Assembly: GCA_963847625.1 (NCBI GenBank)
Contig: CAWKAR010000027.1
Location: forward strand, 64,001-128,000
Origin: a candidate division FCPU426 bacterium
Lineage (GTDB): Bacteria > Oederibacteriota > Muellerivitia > Muellerivitales > Muellerivitaceae
Direction of reading: 5' to 3'
Length of the DNA: 64,000 nucleotides
The notes under the pieces are model-generated. The model searched no databases and was not told the DNA's origin. It worked only from the letters and a program-made list of their open reading frames with translations. Shown in pieces: positions 55,078-63,887 of this stretch (positions are counted from its first letter, which is position 1; the number at the start of each line of letters is the position of its first letter). The position numbers and the translations under genes are program-made.

Positions 55078-57105
55078 ATGTCCTTTCTAGCTTCCGCCGT
55101 TCTTTTGGGGCAAACGATCGGGTTCACGGTTGATCCCACGCAAAACAACAGCCCCATTTCCCCCTATAGTTACGGTTCCAACAGCCCCGTCCCCCTGGTG
55201 AATAATATTCCCCTCTACCGCCAGGGCGGCAACCGGCTAACGGCCTATAACTGGGAAAACAACGCCTCCAACGCGGGCATGGATTACGGCCCCAACCACG
55301 AGGACTGGTACCTGCTCGCCGTCATGGGGCTCCCGCAAAACGGCGGCCAAATGCCCGCCACGGTCTTAACCGATTTTATCCTGGGCAATAACGCCGTCAC
55401 GGCCGCTTCCCTGGTCACCCTGCAAATGGCGGGTTACGTCTCGGCCGACGGCGACTGCAACTGCGACGTGACCGTCACCGGGGCGGCGGACGCCAGCGGA
55501 ACCTATTGGAAGGCGGTGAGTTTTTCCGGAGGCCCCACATCGGGGGCCCCGGTCACCACCGACCACGTTGTCTACATGGACGAGGAAATGTATTACCTTT
55601 TGGGCGCCGTGGGGGGGGCCTCCTCGGGCGGGGCCAAGCTTTACGACCTGGATAATGAGCCGGGCCTTTGGAAAAGCACCCATCCCCTGGTGCATCCGGC
55701 CCAGGCCGCCTGCACCGAAGTGGCCGGGAAAGGGGCCAGCCTGGCCGCGGTGATCACTTCCATCGATCCCAACGCCCAAGTCATGGGGCCTGTTTGTTAT
55801 GGCTGGCAGGAATACGTGAACAACCAAAGCGCGCCGGACGTTAATCCCACCTTGAATAGCTACGCTAGCAACGCCAATAAAGTCGCCTACCTGGATTACT
55901 ACCTGGCCGCGATGAGCTCCGCGTCGAGCGCCGCGGGCCGGAGGCTTTTGCATTACCTGGACCTGCACTGGTACCCGGAAGCCACGGGTTTGGATGGAAC
56001 CAACGCCGTGCGCATCACCAATGACGACGTCAGCCAGGGGGTGGCCATCGCCCGCATGCAGGCGCCCCGGTCCCTTTGGGACCCCAGTTACGTTGAATCC
56101 AGCTGGATTACCGCCAATTCCCTCGGCGGCAAGCCGATCACCCTCATCCCCCGGCTCCAGGCGGCGGTGGCCCAATACTATCCAGGCACCCAGCTTTCCA
56201 TATCGGAGTACCAGTACGGGTCCGGCGAGGATATTTCGGGCGGGATCGCCCAGGCGGACGCGCTGGGTATCTTCGGTAAATACGGCGTGGCGGGCTGCCG
56301 GTGGGACGACGGCACGAGCGACCTTTATGTGGCGGCCGCCTACAACCTGTACTTGAATTACGATGGGAAGGGTTCCCGGTTCGGGGATACGTCCATCCTG
56401 GCCGGCTCCTCCGGCGCCAACGCGGTATCCTTGACTTCCGTTTATGCCGCCAAGGACAGCGCCCATCCCAACCGGATCAACGTCATTCTTTTGAACAAGG
56501 ACTACGGCGCCAATCACGCGGCGGCGGTGACCCTGAATAACCTCGGCATGACCCAAATTTCATCCATCACGTCCTACCGTTTCGACTCAACCGCCTCGAC
56601 CGCCTACAACCCGGCCGCGCCCGCCTTTACCGCCGGCACTTTTTCGGACACCCTCCCGTTCCGCTCGGCCACCCTTTACGAGATTATCCTGGCCCAGGCC
56701 CCCACCGCCACGCCAACCAACAGCCCCACGCCTTGCACGGACGGTTCGGGGAACACCTGCACTTTTACCCCCACCCCCACGGCCACGGACACCCCCACCC
56801 CCACCGCCACTCCCAACCCCAATAACGACATCGCCTGGCCAAACCCCTGGAACGGGAGCGCCCCCCTGGCCTTTTACCACACGCTGAACCAGGCGGCGGA
56901 TTCGGTGCGCCTAAAACTTTACACCGTGGCGTTCCGAAAAGTTTACGAGAACGACCATTTGGCGGCTACGGCGGGCCAGCACCTTTACACCCTGGGATGG
57001 AACCAACTCGGCAACATCGCCAACGGGCTTTACTACCTGGTGGTGGAGGAAGTCAGGGGCGGGCGGGAAACCCACAAGGTCATGAAGCTTTTGATCCTCC
57101 GTTGA
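55078..57105 (+). CDS. Glycoside hydrolase family 44 (endoglucanase/xyloglucanase) + short Thr/Pro linker + sorting-like CTD
   Basis: RQGGNRLTAYNWENNASNAG, LDNEPGLW..TH..VHP, DLHWYPEA, ISEYQYG, QADALGIFG; C-terminus WPNP...ANGLYY...KLLILR. Confidence 0.9.
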   Translation: MSFLASAVLLGQTIGFTVDPTQNNSPISPYSYGSNSPVPLVNNIPLYRQGGNRLTAYNWENNASNAGMDYGPNHEDWYLLAVMGLPQNGGQMPATVLTDFILGNNAVTAASLVTLQMAGYVSADGDCNCDVTVTGAADASGTYWKAVSFSGGPTSGAPVTTDHVVYMDEEMYYLLGAVGGASSGGAKLYDLDNEPGLWKSTHPLVHPAQAACTEVAGKGASLAAVITSIDPNAQVMGPVCYGWQEYVNNQSAPDVNPTLNSYASNANKVAYLDYYLAAMSSASSAAGRRLLHYLDLHWYPEATGLDGTNAVRITNDDVSQGVAIARMQAPRSLWDPSYVESSWITANSLGGKPITLIPRLQAAVAQYYPGTQLSISEYQYGSGEDISGGIAQADALGIFGKYGVAGCRWDDGTSDLYVAAAYNLYLNYDGKGSRFGDTSILAGSSGANAVSLTSVYAAKDSAHPNRINVILLNKDYGANHAAAVTLNNLGMTQISSITSYRFDSTASTAYNPAAPAFTAGTFSDTLPFRSATLYEIILAQAPTATPTNSPTPCTDGSGNTCTFTPTPTATDTPTPTATPNPNNDIAWPNPWNGSAPLAFYHTLNQAADSVRLKLYTVAFRKVYENDHLAATAGQHLYTLGWNQLGNIANGLYYLVVEEVRGGRETHKVMKLLILR

Positions 57106-57234
57106 AGGCTCCGGTTTTAATCCCCCTGGCCTTTTTCTGTGATCCCATGCCGGTTTAATTACCGGCAGGTAAAGGGTGCCACCCATTGCGCCCAGGGGCG
57201 GAAACATAAGTGCGTCCCCAGGGCAACCGTTCCA

Positions 57235-57337
57235 ATTTCCGGGTTTTTAAATGGATTACTTTCGATTATTCCAAAGAGCTAAAATAAAGCCGTATTAATA
57301 GTTTCGATAGAGGGCGGTTCGAATCCCATTCGGCCAG
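57235..57337 (+). repeat. Repeat A, copy 1 (103 bp), ending in a tRNA-like 3' fragment and the GGCCAG core
   Basis: 4 mismatches versus 59339-59441; ends GGTTCGAATCCCATTCGGCCAG. Confidence 0.9.
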
Positions 57338-57355
57338 GGTTCAAAGGAAAATTTT

Positions 57356-58378
57356 ATGCGAACAAAATTAATTATTTTTCTATTAATTATACTATTTAAT
57401 AATTCGGCAGAAGCATTGGCCTGGTTAGTACCCTTATTGAACAAGAATGAAAAACTGTCGGAAAAATTTTTTATTTATAAACCCTTTTTTGATATCAAAA
57501 AAATTTCTATTAATTGTATTGAAAATGACGATATTTTGGATTTATTGGAGGAAGTAAAGGGTGTGAGTACGAATAGTTACAAGTCAATAAACGATTTAGA
57601 AAAGTTAGGATTTAAACTAAATATAGTTATAAGCCACTATGACAAAGAATGGTTAAAAGAAGCTTATGGAAATGAGTTTTTACAAAATCATTATGGGAAT
57701 AATTGGTTAGAAAAAAGTGATGATGATTTACCAGTTACAGAGGTTCACTATTTAAATGAAATTGTAATGGATGATTACAAAAGATTTGTTCTAGTTTGTT
57801 CGGGCGAAACATATTTATATTTAATAGATACTCAATCAAAACCGATTAAGACTTGGCTTCTTGATGAAAATTGCACATGTCCAAATAAAATCGATAAGGT
57901 TCTTAAACGAAATGAAGAAAGTTTTAGATTTATTTACCGAGAATTTCCTGGCAATGGCCGTTTGGCAGGCGCTCCAAGGGTAGAGGTGAAAGACATAGAT
58001 TTTAATAAAAAAATACTGGCTCAAATAAAAGGCAATTATTTAGAGGATATTAATAAGGACGGAAATCCAGAAGTCATAATTTCCAATGAACTTGATTTCA
58101 ATATTAATTGGTATTGGATATTTAGATATGAAAACGGGGAATGGGTTGAGAGTAGTAATAGATATCCAGAATATTACAAAAGCGCCGTTAAAAATATTTT
58201 GGAAGAACAATATGAAAGTACAAAAAAAACATATATTGAATTGAAAAATAACTCTCATTCAAAATCAGTTTCTAGTCTTGAATACCGGATGAAAGAATTA
58301 TTCGCTTTAATTGAAATTGCCAAATTTGGCGGAATTTCTGAGTATTTAAAGAAATTTCATGCAGGGGAGACGTTTTAA
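57356..58378 (+). CDS. AT-rich hypothetical secreted protein (cassette 1 cargo)
   Basis: 340-aa ORF; signal-like N-terminus; DINKDGNPEVII loop. Confidence 0.75.
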   Translation: MRTKLIIFLLIILFNNSAEALAWLVPLLNKNEKLSEKFFIYKPFFDIKKISINCIENDDILDLLEEVKGVSTNSYKSINDLEKLGFKLNIVISHYDKEWLKEAYGNEFLQNHYGNNWLEKSDDDLPVTEVHYLNEIVMDDYKRFVLVCSGETYLYLIDTQSKPIKTWLLDENCTCPNKIDKVLKRNEESFRFIYREFPGNGRLAGAPRVEVKDIDFNKKILAQIKGNYLEDINKDGNPEVIISNELDFNINWYWIFRYENGEWVESSNRYPEYYKSAVKNILEEQYESTKKTYIELKNNSHSKSVSSLEYRMKELFALIEIAKFGGISEYLKKFHAGETF

Positions 58379-58529
58379 TAGTTGGAAAAAGGGAATTCAG
58401 GGGGAACTTTAGGGGAACCCTTCGAGGGCCTCAGGGCAAGCTTTTCGGGAGTAAACGGGGAAAGTAGAGCCCCTCACACCGCAGCGAGTGGCAGGGCTTC
58501 GAGAGCCTCAGGGCAGGCTATTAAAGAGT

Positions 58530-58601
58530 GGGAAAGCCCTGTATTAGTTGAGTTCTAAATGCATCCATGAAGGGCAGCCAATAAAACCTAGTCTCCCTTT
58601 C
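58530..58601 (+). repeat. Repeat B|Y junction, copy 1
   Basis: GGGAAAGCCCTGTATTAGTTGAGTTCTAAATGCATCCATGAAGGGCAG|CCAATAAAACCTAGTCTCCCTTTC. Confidence 0.85.
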
Positions 58602-58706
58602 GCTCACGGGAAATGTGATCTATCGGGCCATGTGGTTGATGCTCTCATGATGGCACTGCCACACGCTGCGGTGCGTGGGGCCGTGGGGTTATAAAAAACG
58701 GAGCAA

Positions 58707-58991
58707 TCAAGAATGGTGGGGGATCCGGCCGTCGGCGACCTTGTGAAGCACGCTGGCGATGAAGGTTTGGTAGGGCATGCCCTCCTCCATGGCCTTGAGT
58801 TGAATGGCCTTCAGGTCGTATTCGGACAGGCGAATGTTGATGCGGCGGTTTTTCTTGAGGGTTTCCCGCGCGTAAGCCTCGTATTTTTTCCTCTCGCCCG
58901 GCAGGTTTTTAACGCTTTTGAACTTGCCCGCCTCATAGGAGCCCAGAAGGTCCTGTTCTTCCCAGGTTAACTTATCTTTCACGGGTTTCAC
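58707..58991 (-). CDS. Antitoxin, CopG/RHH-like
   Basis: RRINIRLSEYDLKAIQLKAMEEGMPYQTFIASVLHK; overlaps the end of the toxin gene. Confidence 0.8.
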   Translation of the reverse strand: MKPVKDKLTWEEQDLLGSYEAGKFKSVKNLPGERKKYEAYARETLKKNRRINIRLSEYDLKAIQLKAMEEGMPYQTFIASVLHKVADGRIPHHS

Positions 58992-59262
58992 CTCTTTTCA
59001 AGTATTTCTGCGCTGCTTTCCGGCTCGGGATGACCGTGATCAACCTGATGCCGTCCCCTTTTTCCTCGAAGGGAACCAAAAAGACATACTCAAAAGCTTT
59101 TACCACCATGACTTTTTGCCCTGGATATTTGCTTGGATTGGGATGGACGAGGACGTCCAACAAACCCCCGGATTGAACGCTCCAAAGAATGGCTTCGAAA
59201 GAGATGTTCCTTTCCCGGATGAGCTTTTCGTTTTTCAGGGGATCCCAGCTGAAAAAGGGCAT
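58972..59262 (-). CDS. BrnT-like type II toxin
   Basis: FSWDPLKNEKLIRERNISFE, HPNPSKYPGQ, YVFLVPFEE, LITVIPSRKA. Confidence 0.82.
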   Translation of the reverse strand: MPFFSWDPLKNEKLIRERNISFEAILWSVQSGGLLDVLVHPNPSKYPGQKVMVVKAFEYVFLVPFEEKGDGIRLITVIPSRKAAQKYLKRGETRER

Positions 59263-59338
59263 GAACCAATAATAGCCTAATGTGTGCCTTTTGGCAACAG
59301 GGCCTAAGCTTGAATGGCCCGTGCAAAAAAGGGGTCGG

Positions 59339-59455
59339 ATTTCCGGGTTTTTAAATGGAATACTTTCGATTATTCCAAAGAGCTAAAATAAAGCCATATT
59401 AATAGTTTCGATAGAGGGTGGTTCGAATCCCATCCGGCCAGAGTTCTAGCTGTCC
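59339..59455 (+). repeat. Repeat A, copy 2, plus X end (A|X junction)
   Basis: ...GGTTCGAATCCCATCCGGCCAG|AGTTCTAGCTGTCC. Confidence 0.9.
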
Positions 59456-59515
59456 GCCAAGGGGAGGGAAAGAAAGAAAATTCTGATTTTTTTGGATGAT
59501 TTTGGAGAATCAAAT

Positions 59516-60163
59516 ATGCAAAAAAACCACCTGAATATTATTTATATGATTGTAGGATTCTTTTTGGTTCTGGCCGTTGCTTCTTTTATTTCGCGCGACA
59601 ATAAAAATAGGTTTTCCCCCCAAATTGATAATATGCCTGAAAGCACCCCAGATATTTTCGGGGTCAATTTTGATAAACGCTACGGTTTACCGGATGGTGT
59701 TGGCCTTAGTGCGCTTTCACCTGAATTAGCAGATGATGTACCTTCCTCTGAACCATTAACAATGGTGACCCTAAAAAACGGGAAGGCTGCTTTAGCAGAC
59801 AAAGAGGGGAAAATCGTCTTAAAAACCAATTACGATTGGATTGGAAAATTCCATGACGGCTTGGCATTGGTGAAGATAGAAGGTGATGAGGATTATGGTG
59901 GCCCCCATCCAAATTCTTGGGGATATATCAACGTGAAAGGTAAAGTCGTTATCCCTTTTCAATTTAATCAAGCATATCCTTTTTCAGAAGGCTTGGCGCC
60001 AATTCAGGATAAACATGGTAGGTATGGTTTTACTGATATACACGGAAAAATGGTTATTCAACCACAATATGACGATTTCATGGAATTCTCAGATGGTCAG
60101 AACCAGGTTAAGCTAAATAAAGTTTGGATATGGATAAACAAAAAAGGTGAAAGAATCCAATAA
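59516..60163 (+). CDS. WG-repeat (KWG Leptospira-type) membrane-anchored protein (cassette 2 cargo)
   Basis: N-terminal TM; FHDGLALV, WGYINVKGKVVIPFQF..AYPFSEGLA, YGFTDIHGKMVIQPQYD. Confidence 0.88.
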   Translation: MQKNHLNIIYMIVGFFLVLAVASFISRDNKNRFSPQIDNMPESTPDIFGVNFDKRYGLPDGVGLSALSPELADDVPSSEPLTMVTLKNGKAALADKEGKIVLKTNYDWIGKFHDGLALVKIEGDEDYGGPHPNSWGYINVKGKVVIPFQFNQAYPFSEGLAPIQDKHGRYGFTDIHGKMVIQPQYDDFMEFSDGQNQVKLNKVWIWINKKGERIQ

Positions 60164-60314
60164 TAATTAAATCAATGATTGATTTTTGATTTGGCCATGA
60201 TGTGGAGCCATTTCAAAAGTGGGAAAAGGGGAATTTGGGGGAACTTTCGTGGAGCCCCTCGCACCGCAGCGAGTGGCAGGGCTTCGAGAGCCTCAGGGCA
60301 GGCTATTAAAGAAT

Positions 60315-60376
60315 GGGAAACCTCTATATTAGTTGAGTTCTAAATGTGTCCATGAAGGCCAGGGCTCTAGCTGTCC
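60315..60376 (+). repeat. Repeat B|X junction (tandem cassette junction)
   Basis: GGGAAACCTCTATATTAGTTGAGTTCTAAATGTGTCCATGAAGGCCAG|GGCTCTAGCTGTCC. Confidence 0.85.
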
Positions 60377-60446
60377 ACTATGGGGACCCGGAGTGGACAA
60401 GGTGGAAGAAATGCAAAAAGCAATGGCCAAAAGGGAGTGACAATAA

Positions 60447-60701
60447 ATGAGTGTTCAACTCCGAATAAAAAATAAAAAAAAATCCTTTCATCAATGGTTT
60501 TTAGCCGGCTTTATAATTACCCCGGCATGGGGATTTTTTGTTCATAAAATAGCCAATTTTTATTTAGATGATCTCCCAAAAGGTGGTTTCCAGAGGGCTA
60601 AAGAACTCGGAATAGAAATCGCAATCTGGGGTCCATTTGCAGTTTGGTTAGTCCTCTTCTTCATACATCGTAAAAATAAACTACCTAAAAATGGTGGTTA
60701 A
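60447..60701 (+). CDS. Small two-TM membrane protein (cassette 3 cargo)
   Basis: AGGGAG RBS; two hydrophobic segments. Confidence 0.55.
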   Translation: MSVQLRIKNKKKSFHQWFLAGFIITPAWGFFVHKIANFYLDDLPKGGFQRAKELGIEIAIWGPFAVWLVLFFIHRKNKLPKNGG

Positions 60702-61769
60702 TTAGTTTGTTGGTTATTGGTTGTCCATTCCGGGGAGGCATTTCATAACAGAAGAAATTTGAAAAAAAGATAAGAGATTTTGACTTCTCCTTAAGTTTAT
60801 AAATGCTTTTAAGTAATTACGCAAATAAAGGCCGGAAATGGGAATTTTCTTTTTATTTCTTTTCGTATTAATGATTACCCTTTTACCTGTTGTCGGCGCT
60901 TTTTTGTCTATTTCTTGCAAGAAAAAATTATTTATCATTTTGGGTTATGTATTAACCGCGATTATTTTTGGTGGTCTTATTAAGTTGTTAGGGGGTATTT
61001 CAGACAAGGCCGGAATAGTTCTTTCGTTTGGTTTCATCTTATTAATTTTTTACGGGTTTTATTTAAAAGAGAAATATAAAAAATTTAAGTATTTAGGCAT
61101 TTTATTGATTGTCTTGAGTTGGATCATTGGGTCTTTCAATATCATTGGCATTGTTATATTTACTCCCGAAAATCCAAATATATTAAATTTGGCCAATAAA
61201 CCCACGGTCGGAACAATTAAAGTAAAAAACATTAACCCATTTTTTAAATCATATCCCCCCGAAAAAAGAGAATTATTAGAAAAATATTTATCCCGAAGTA
61301 AAGATTGGCAATTAACCCGGTTGGGATCAATGAACCCACTTGGCGGGGCTTTGGTTGCTTTAAAACGTGTTTCTGGAAACCCGATGAATTTAGATGTTCT
61401 GGATAATTTTGGATATACGTTTAGAACAGGCTTGAGAGATGGTGAACCTTTCGAAGAAAAAACAATGGTTTGCTTTGAGCCGATAAATTTTAACGATTCA
61501 TGGCGAAAGGATGGATTTGTAAATAATTGTTATGATTCGATTTTTAAAATTAACCAATACACTGGATTCAAGGGGGAAGAGTACGAATATTTCATTTTAA
61601 AGTTTAATAATTTTTCCTTTGAGGCTTTTGAGCGGGGAAGTGGTATAGGATATATTCAATCCGCATTGGATAATTTTAAAGAAATCTTAGAAAAAGTATC
61701 AAAAGTTTCTAATATAAACGATAAAGAAATAGAAAATTCTTTAATATCTGATGAATCAATAAAAATTTT

Positions 61770-63091
61770 CACTAGTGTCCGGTTAACGATCTTCCAAAAA
61801 CTCTAAAAGCCTTTGCCTGTAATCTGTTCCATGCCTAAACGACCTTTTTCGATTTGAACTGAATCGTCCTGCCTCACCATCCTTTCATCCAAGAAAGGGT
61901 GGTTCCTTATGAATGCCGGACGTACTGTTTTTGCTCAGTTGATGGACTTCTTTCCCCGCCATGAGTTTCAGAAATGCGTTGATCGCTACCACGGCAACCG
62001 TAGGATCCGCAGCTTCTCCTGTCTCGATCAATTCCTCTGCATGGTTTTCGCCCAGCTTACCTACCGGGAAGGTCTCCGCGACATTGAAGCCTGTCTGGGT
62101 TCCTTCAAAAACAAACTTTACCACGTAGGTATCCGTGGACGGGTCGCCAGGGCTACACTGGCTGACGCCAACCAAAAGCGAGATTGGCGTATCTACGCCG
62201 ACTTCGCCCAAGTCCTGATCAAAACCGCCCAATCCCTTTACACCAATGACGATTTTAGCGTGGACTTGAACCAAGCCGCCTATGCCTTGGACTCCACCAT
62301 CATCGACCTATGCCTATCGCTCTTTCCTTGGGCGCGCTTTCGGTCCACGAAATCAGGCGTCAAACTACACACCCTTCTCAACCTCAGAAGCAACATTCCC
62401 GCTTTTGCCTGTGTTTCCAACGCTTCCGTGCATGACGTACATTTGCTGGACATCCTACCCTTGGAACCAGGCTCCTTCTACATGCTCGACCGTGGCTACA
62501 CGGATTTCAGCAGATTGAACCGCCTCATCGAAAACCTTTCCTTCTTTGTCATACGTGCCAAGTCCAATTTTAACTTCTATCGGCGATATTCCGCCCCTGT
62601 GAATTTATCTCTGGGCCTTCGGTTCGACCAGACTGTCGTCTTGGCCGATCCGAATAAGTTCAAGGAATATCCTCATCCCCTACGCCGCATCGGCTTCGTT
62701 GACCCCATCACCCGTAAGCGCTTGGTTTTTCTTACCAATAACTTCGTCTTACCAGCTTTGACCATCTGTCAACTCTACAAATCTAGATGGCAAGTCGAAC
62801 TCTTCTTCAAGTGGATCAAACAGCATCTTCGCATCAAAGCTTTCTTTGGCACATCATCCAATGCCGTCAAAACCCAAATTTGGATCGCTATTTGCGTGTA
62901 TGTCTTAGTCGCCATCGTCAAGAAAAAACTCGGCCTTCAATTAAGCCTTTACACAATCCTACAGATTTTGAGCGTCACCCTTTTTGAGAAAACCCCTATA
63001 CTACAAGCGTTTTCAGACGACGCCTGCATTTCAGAAAACACCAACACTGAAAACCAATTGTCTTTACTGCGTTTTTAACCGGACACTTGTG
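61770..63091 (+). mobile_element. IS4-family insertion sequence (1322 bp)
   Basis: 17-bp IRs CACTAGTGTCCGGTTAA / TTAACCGGACACTTGTG; 9-bp TSD AAAAATTTT at 61761-61769 and 63092-63100. Confidence 0.95.
61909..63078 (+). CDS. IS4-family transposase (DUF4372 + DDE)
   Basis: QFLCMVFAQLTYREGLRDI, LDSTIIDLC, GVKLHTLL, DRGY, YKSRWQVELFFKWIKQHL. Confidence 0.95.
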   Translation: MNAGRTVFAQLMDFFPRHEFQKCVDRYHGNRRIRSFSCLDQFLCMVFAQLTYREGLRDIEACLGSFKNKLYHVGIRGRVARATLADANQKRDWRIYADFAQVLIKTAQSLYTNDDFSVDLNQAAYALDSTIIDLCLSLFPWARFRSTKSGVKLHTLLNLRSNIPAFACVSNASVHDVHLLDILPLEPGSFYMLDRGYTDFSRLNRLIENLSFFVIRAKSNFNFYRRYSAPVNLSLGLRFDQTVVLADPNKFKEYPHPLRRIGFVDPITRKRLVFLTNNFVLPALTICQLYKSRWQVELFFKWIKQHLRIKAFFGTSSNAVKTQIWIAICVYVLVAIVKKKLGLQLSLYTILQILSVTLFEKTPILQAFSDDACISENTNTENQLSLLRF

Positions 63092-63669
63092 AAAAATTTT
63101 AAATAAACCTACCATCAAAATAATTCAGGCATTCCCTCCGGGAAGATTTATTGTTTCAGGTTATATAAATCCTGGGAAAGAAGGCTACATAAAATTACGA
63201 GTTACTAATTCTACCGACGGAAAACCCGCTGAAATTTCTAGTCGTAGCGACTTTGGAATTAGGATCGAATATGTCGGATGGTCAAAGAATATAAATGAAA
63301 AATATTATTATGAAACCGGCATCGAAATAAAAAACTATAAACAACCTTTAATGTTTAACGTAATGTTTTTTCCAACAGATGGAACGGCTGAAACGTCACT
63401 TGTTCAGATGAAATATACATTTGACCAAAAAAATATGACTTGGACCAAGAAAAAAATAATGCAGAAATATTAAAAAAATAAGGCGACATATCAATGGTTA
63501 ATTCAAAGCAAGTTTGTATAGAGTTGGGAAAATTTCCTTGATATATAACCTTCTTATTTGCCACTAATGGTGGGTTGCTCTTAATTTTATTTAGCAAATT
63601 CTAGGTGAAATGTTCGCAAACCCTTGAATCCGGAGAGCCGCCTTTAAAAGTGGAATGGGGAAACTATGC

Positions 63670-63741
63670 GGGAAACCCCTGTATTAGAAAAGTTCTAAAT
63701 GTGTCCATGAAGGCCAGCCACTAAAACCTAGTCTCCCTTTC
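63670..63741 (+). repeat. Repeat B|Y junction, copy 2
   Basis: GGGAAACCCCTGTATTAGAAAAGTTCTAAATGTGTCCATGAAGGCCAG|CCACTAAAACCTAGTCTCCCTTTC. Confidence 0.85.
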
Positions 63742-63759
63742 AGGGAGCTGGTTTTTTTT
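63728..63759 (+). terminator. Intrinsic terminator following CCA
   Basis: CTCCCT-TTC-AGGGAG hairpin followed by CTGG and a T8 run. Confidence 0.7.
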
Positions 63760-63789
63760 ATTTGAAGTCACACCTGTCCAAAATAGGCT

Positions 63790-63887
63790 TTTGCCACGGA
63801 TGCATGGGATACATGGGATTTAAAAAACATAAGTTTAAAGCCTTTTTTTATGTTCTATCCGAGTGCATCCCCTGAATCCGTGGCAAA
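63790..63887. repeat. REP-like long inverted repeat
   Basis: TTTGCCACGGATGCATGGGATACATGGGAT ... ATCCGAGTGCATCCCCTGAATCCGTGGCAAA. Confidence 0.75.

Larger units (their letters stand above)
60838..63473 (+). pseudogene. AT-rich membrane protein interrupted by IS4 (cassette 3 cargo)
   Basis: Four N-terminal TM segments; removing the IS rejoins ...ESIKI|LNKPTIKII...YINPGKEG...EYVGWS...QKY* (TAA 63471-63473) in frame. Confidence 0.8.

Noticed and set aside
55366..56556. 396-aa minus-strand ORF
   Set aside because: It is the antisense shadow of the GC-rich GH44 gene and has no recognisable motifs.
57260..57340. Complete tRNA gene (also at 59365-59445)
   Set aside because: Only the T-loop-to-discriminator part is present; no matching 5' acceptor strand, D arm or anticodon arm.
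57235..63741. Classical integron attC sites or intI
   Set aside because: No RYYYAAC...GTTRRRY palindromic sites after the genes and no integrase ORF in the window.
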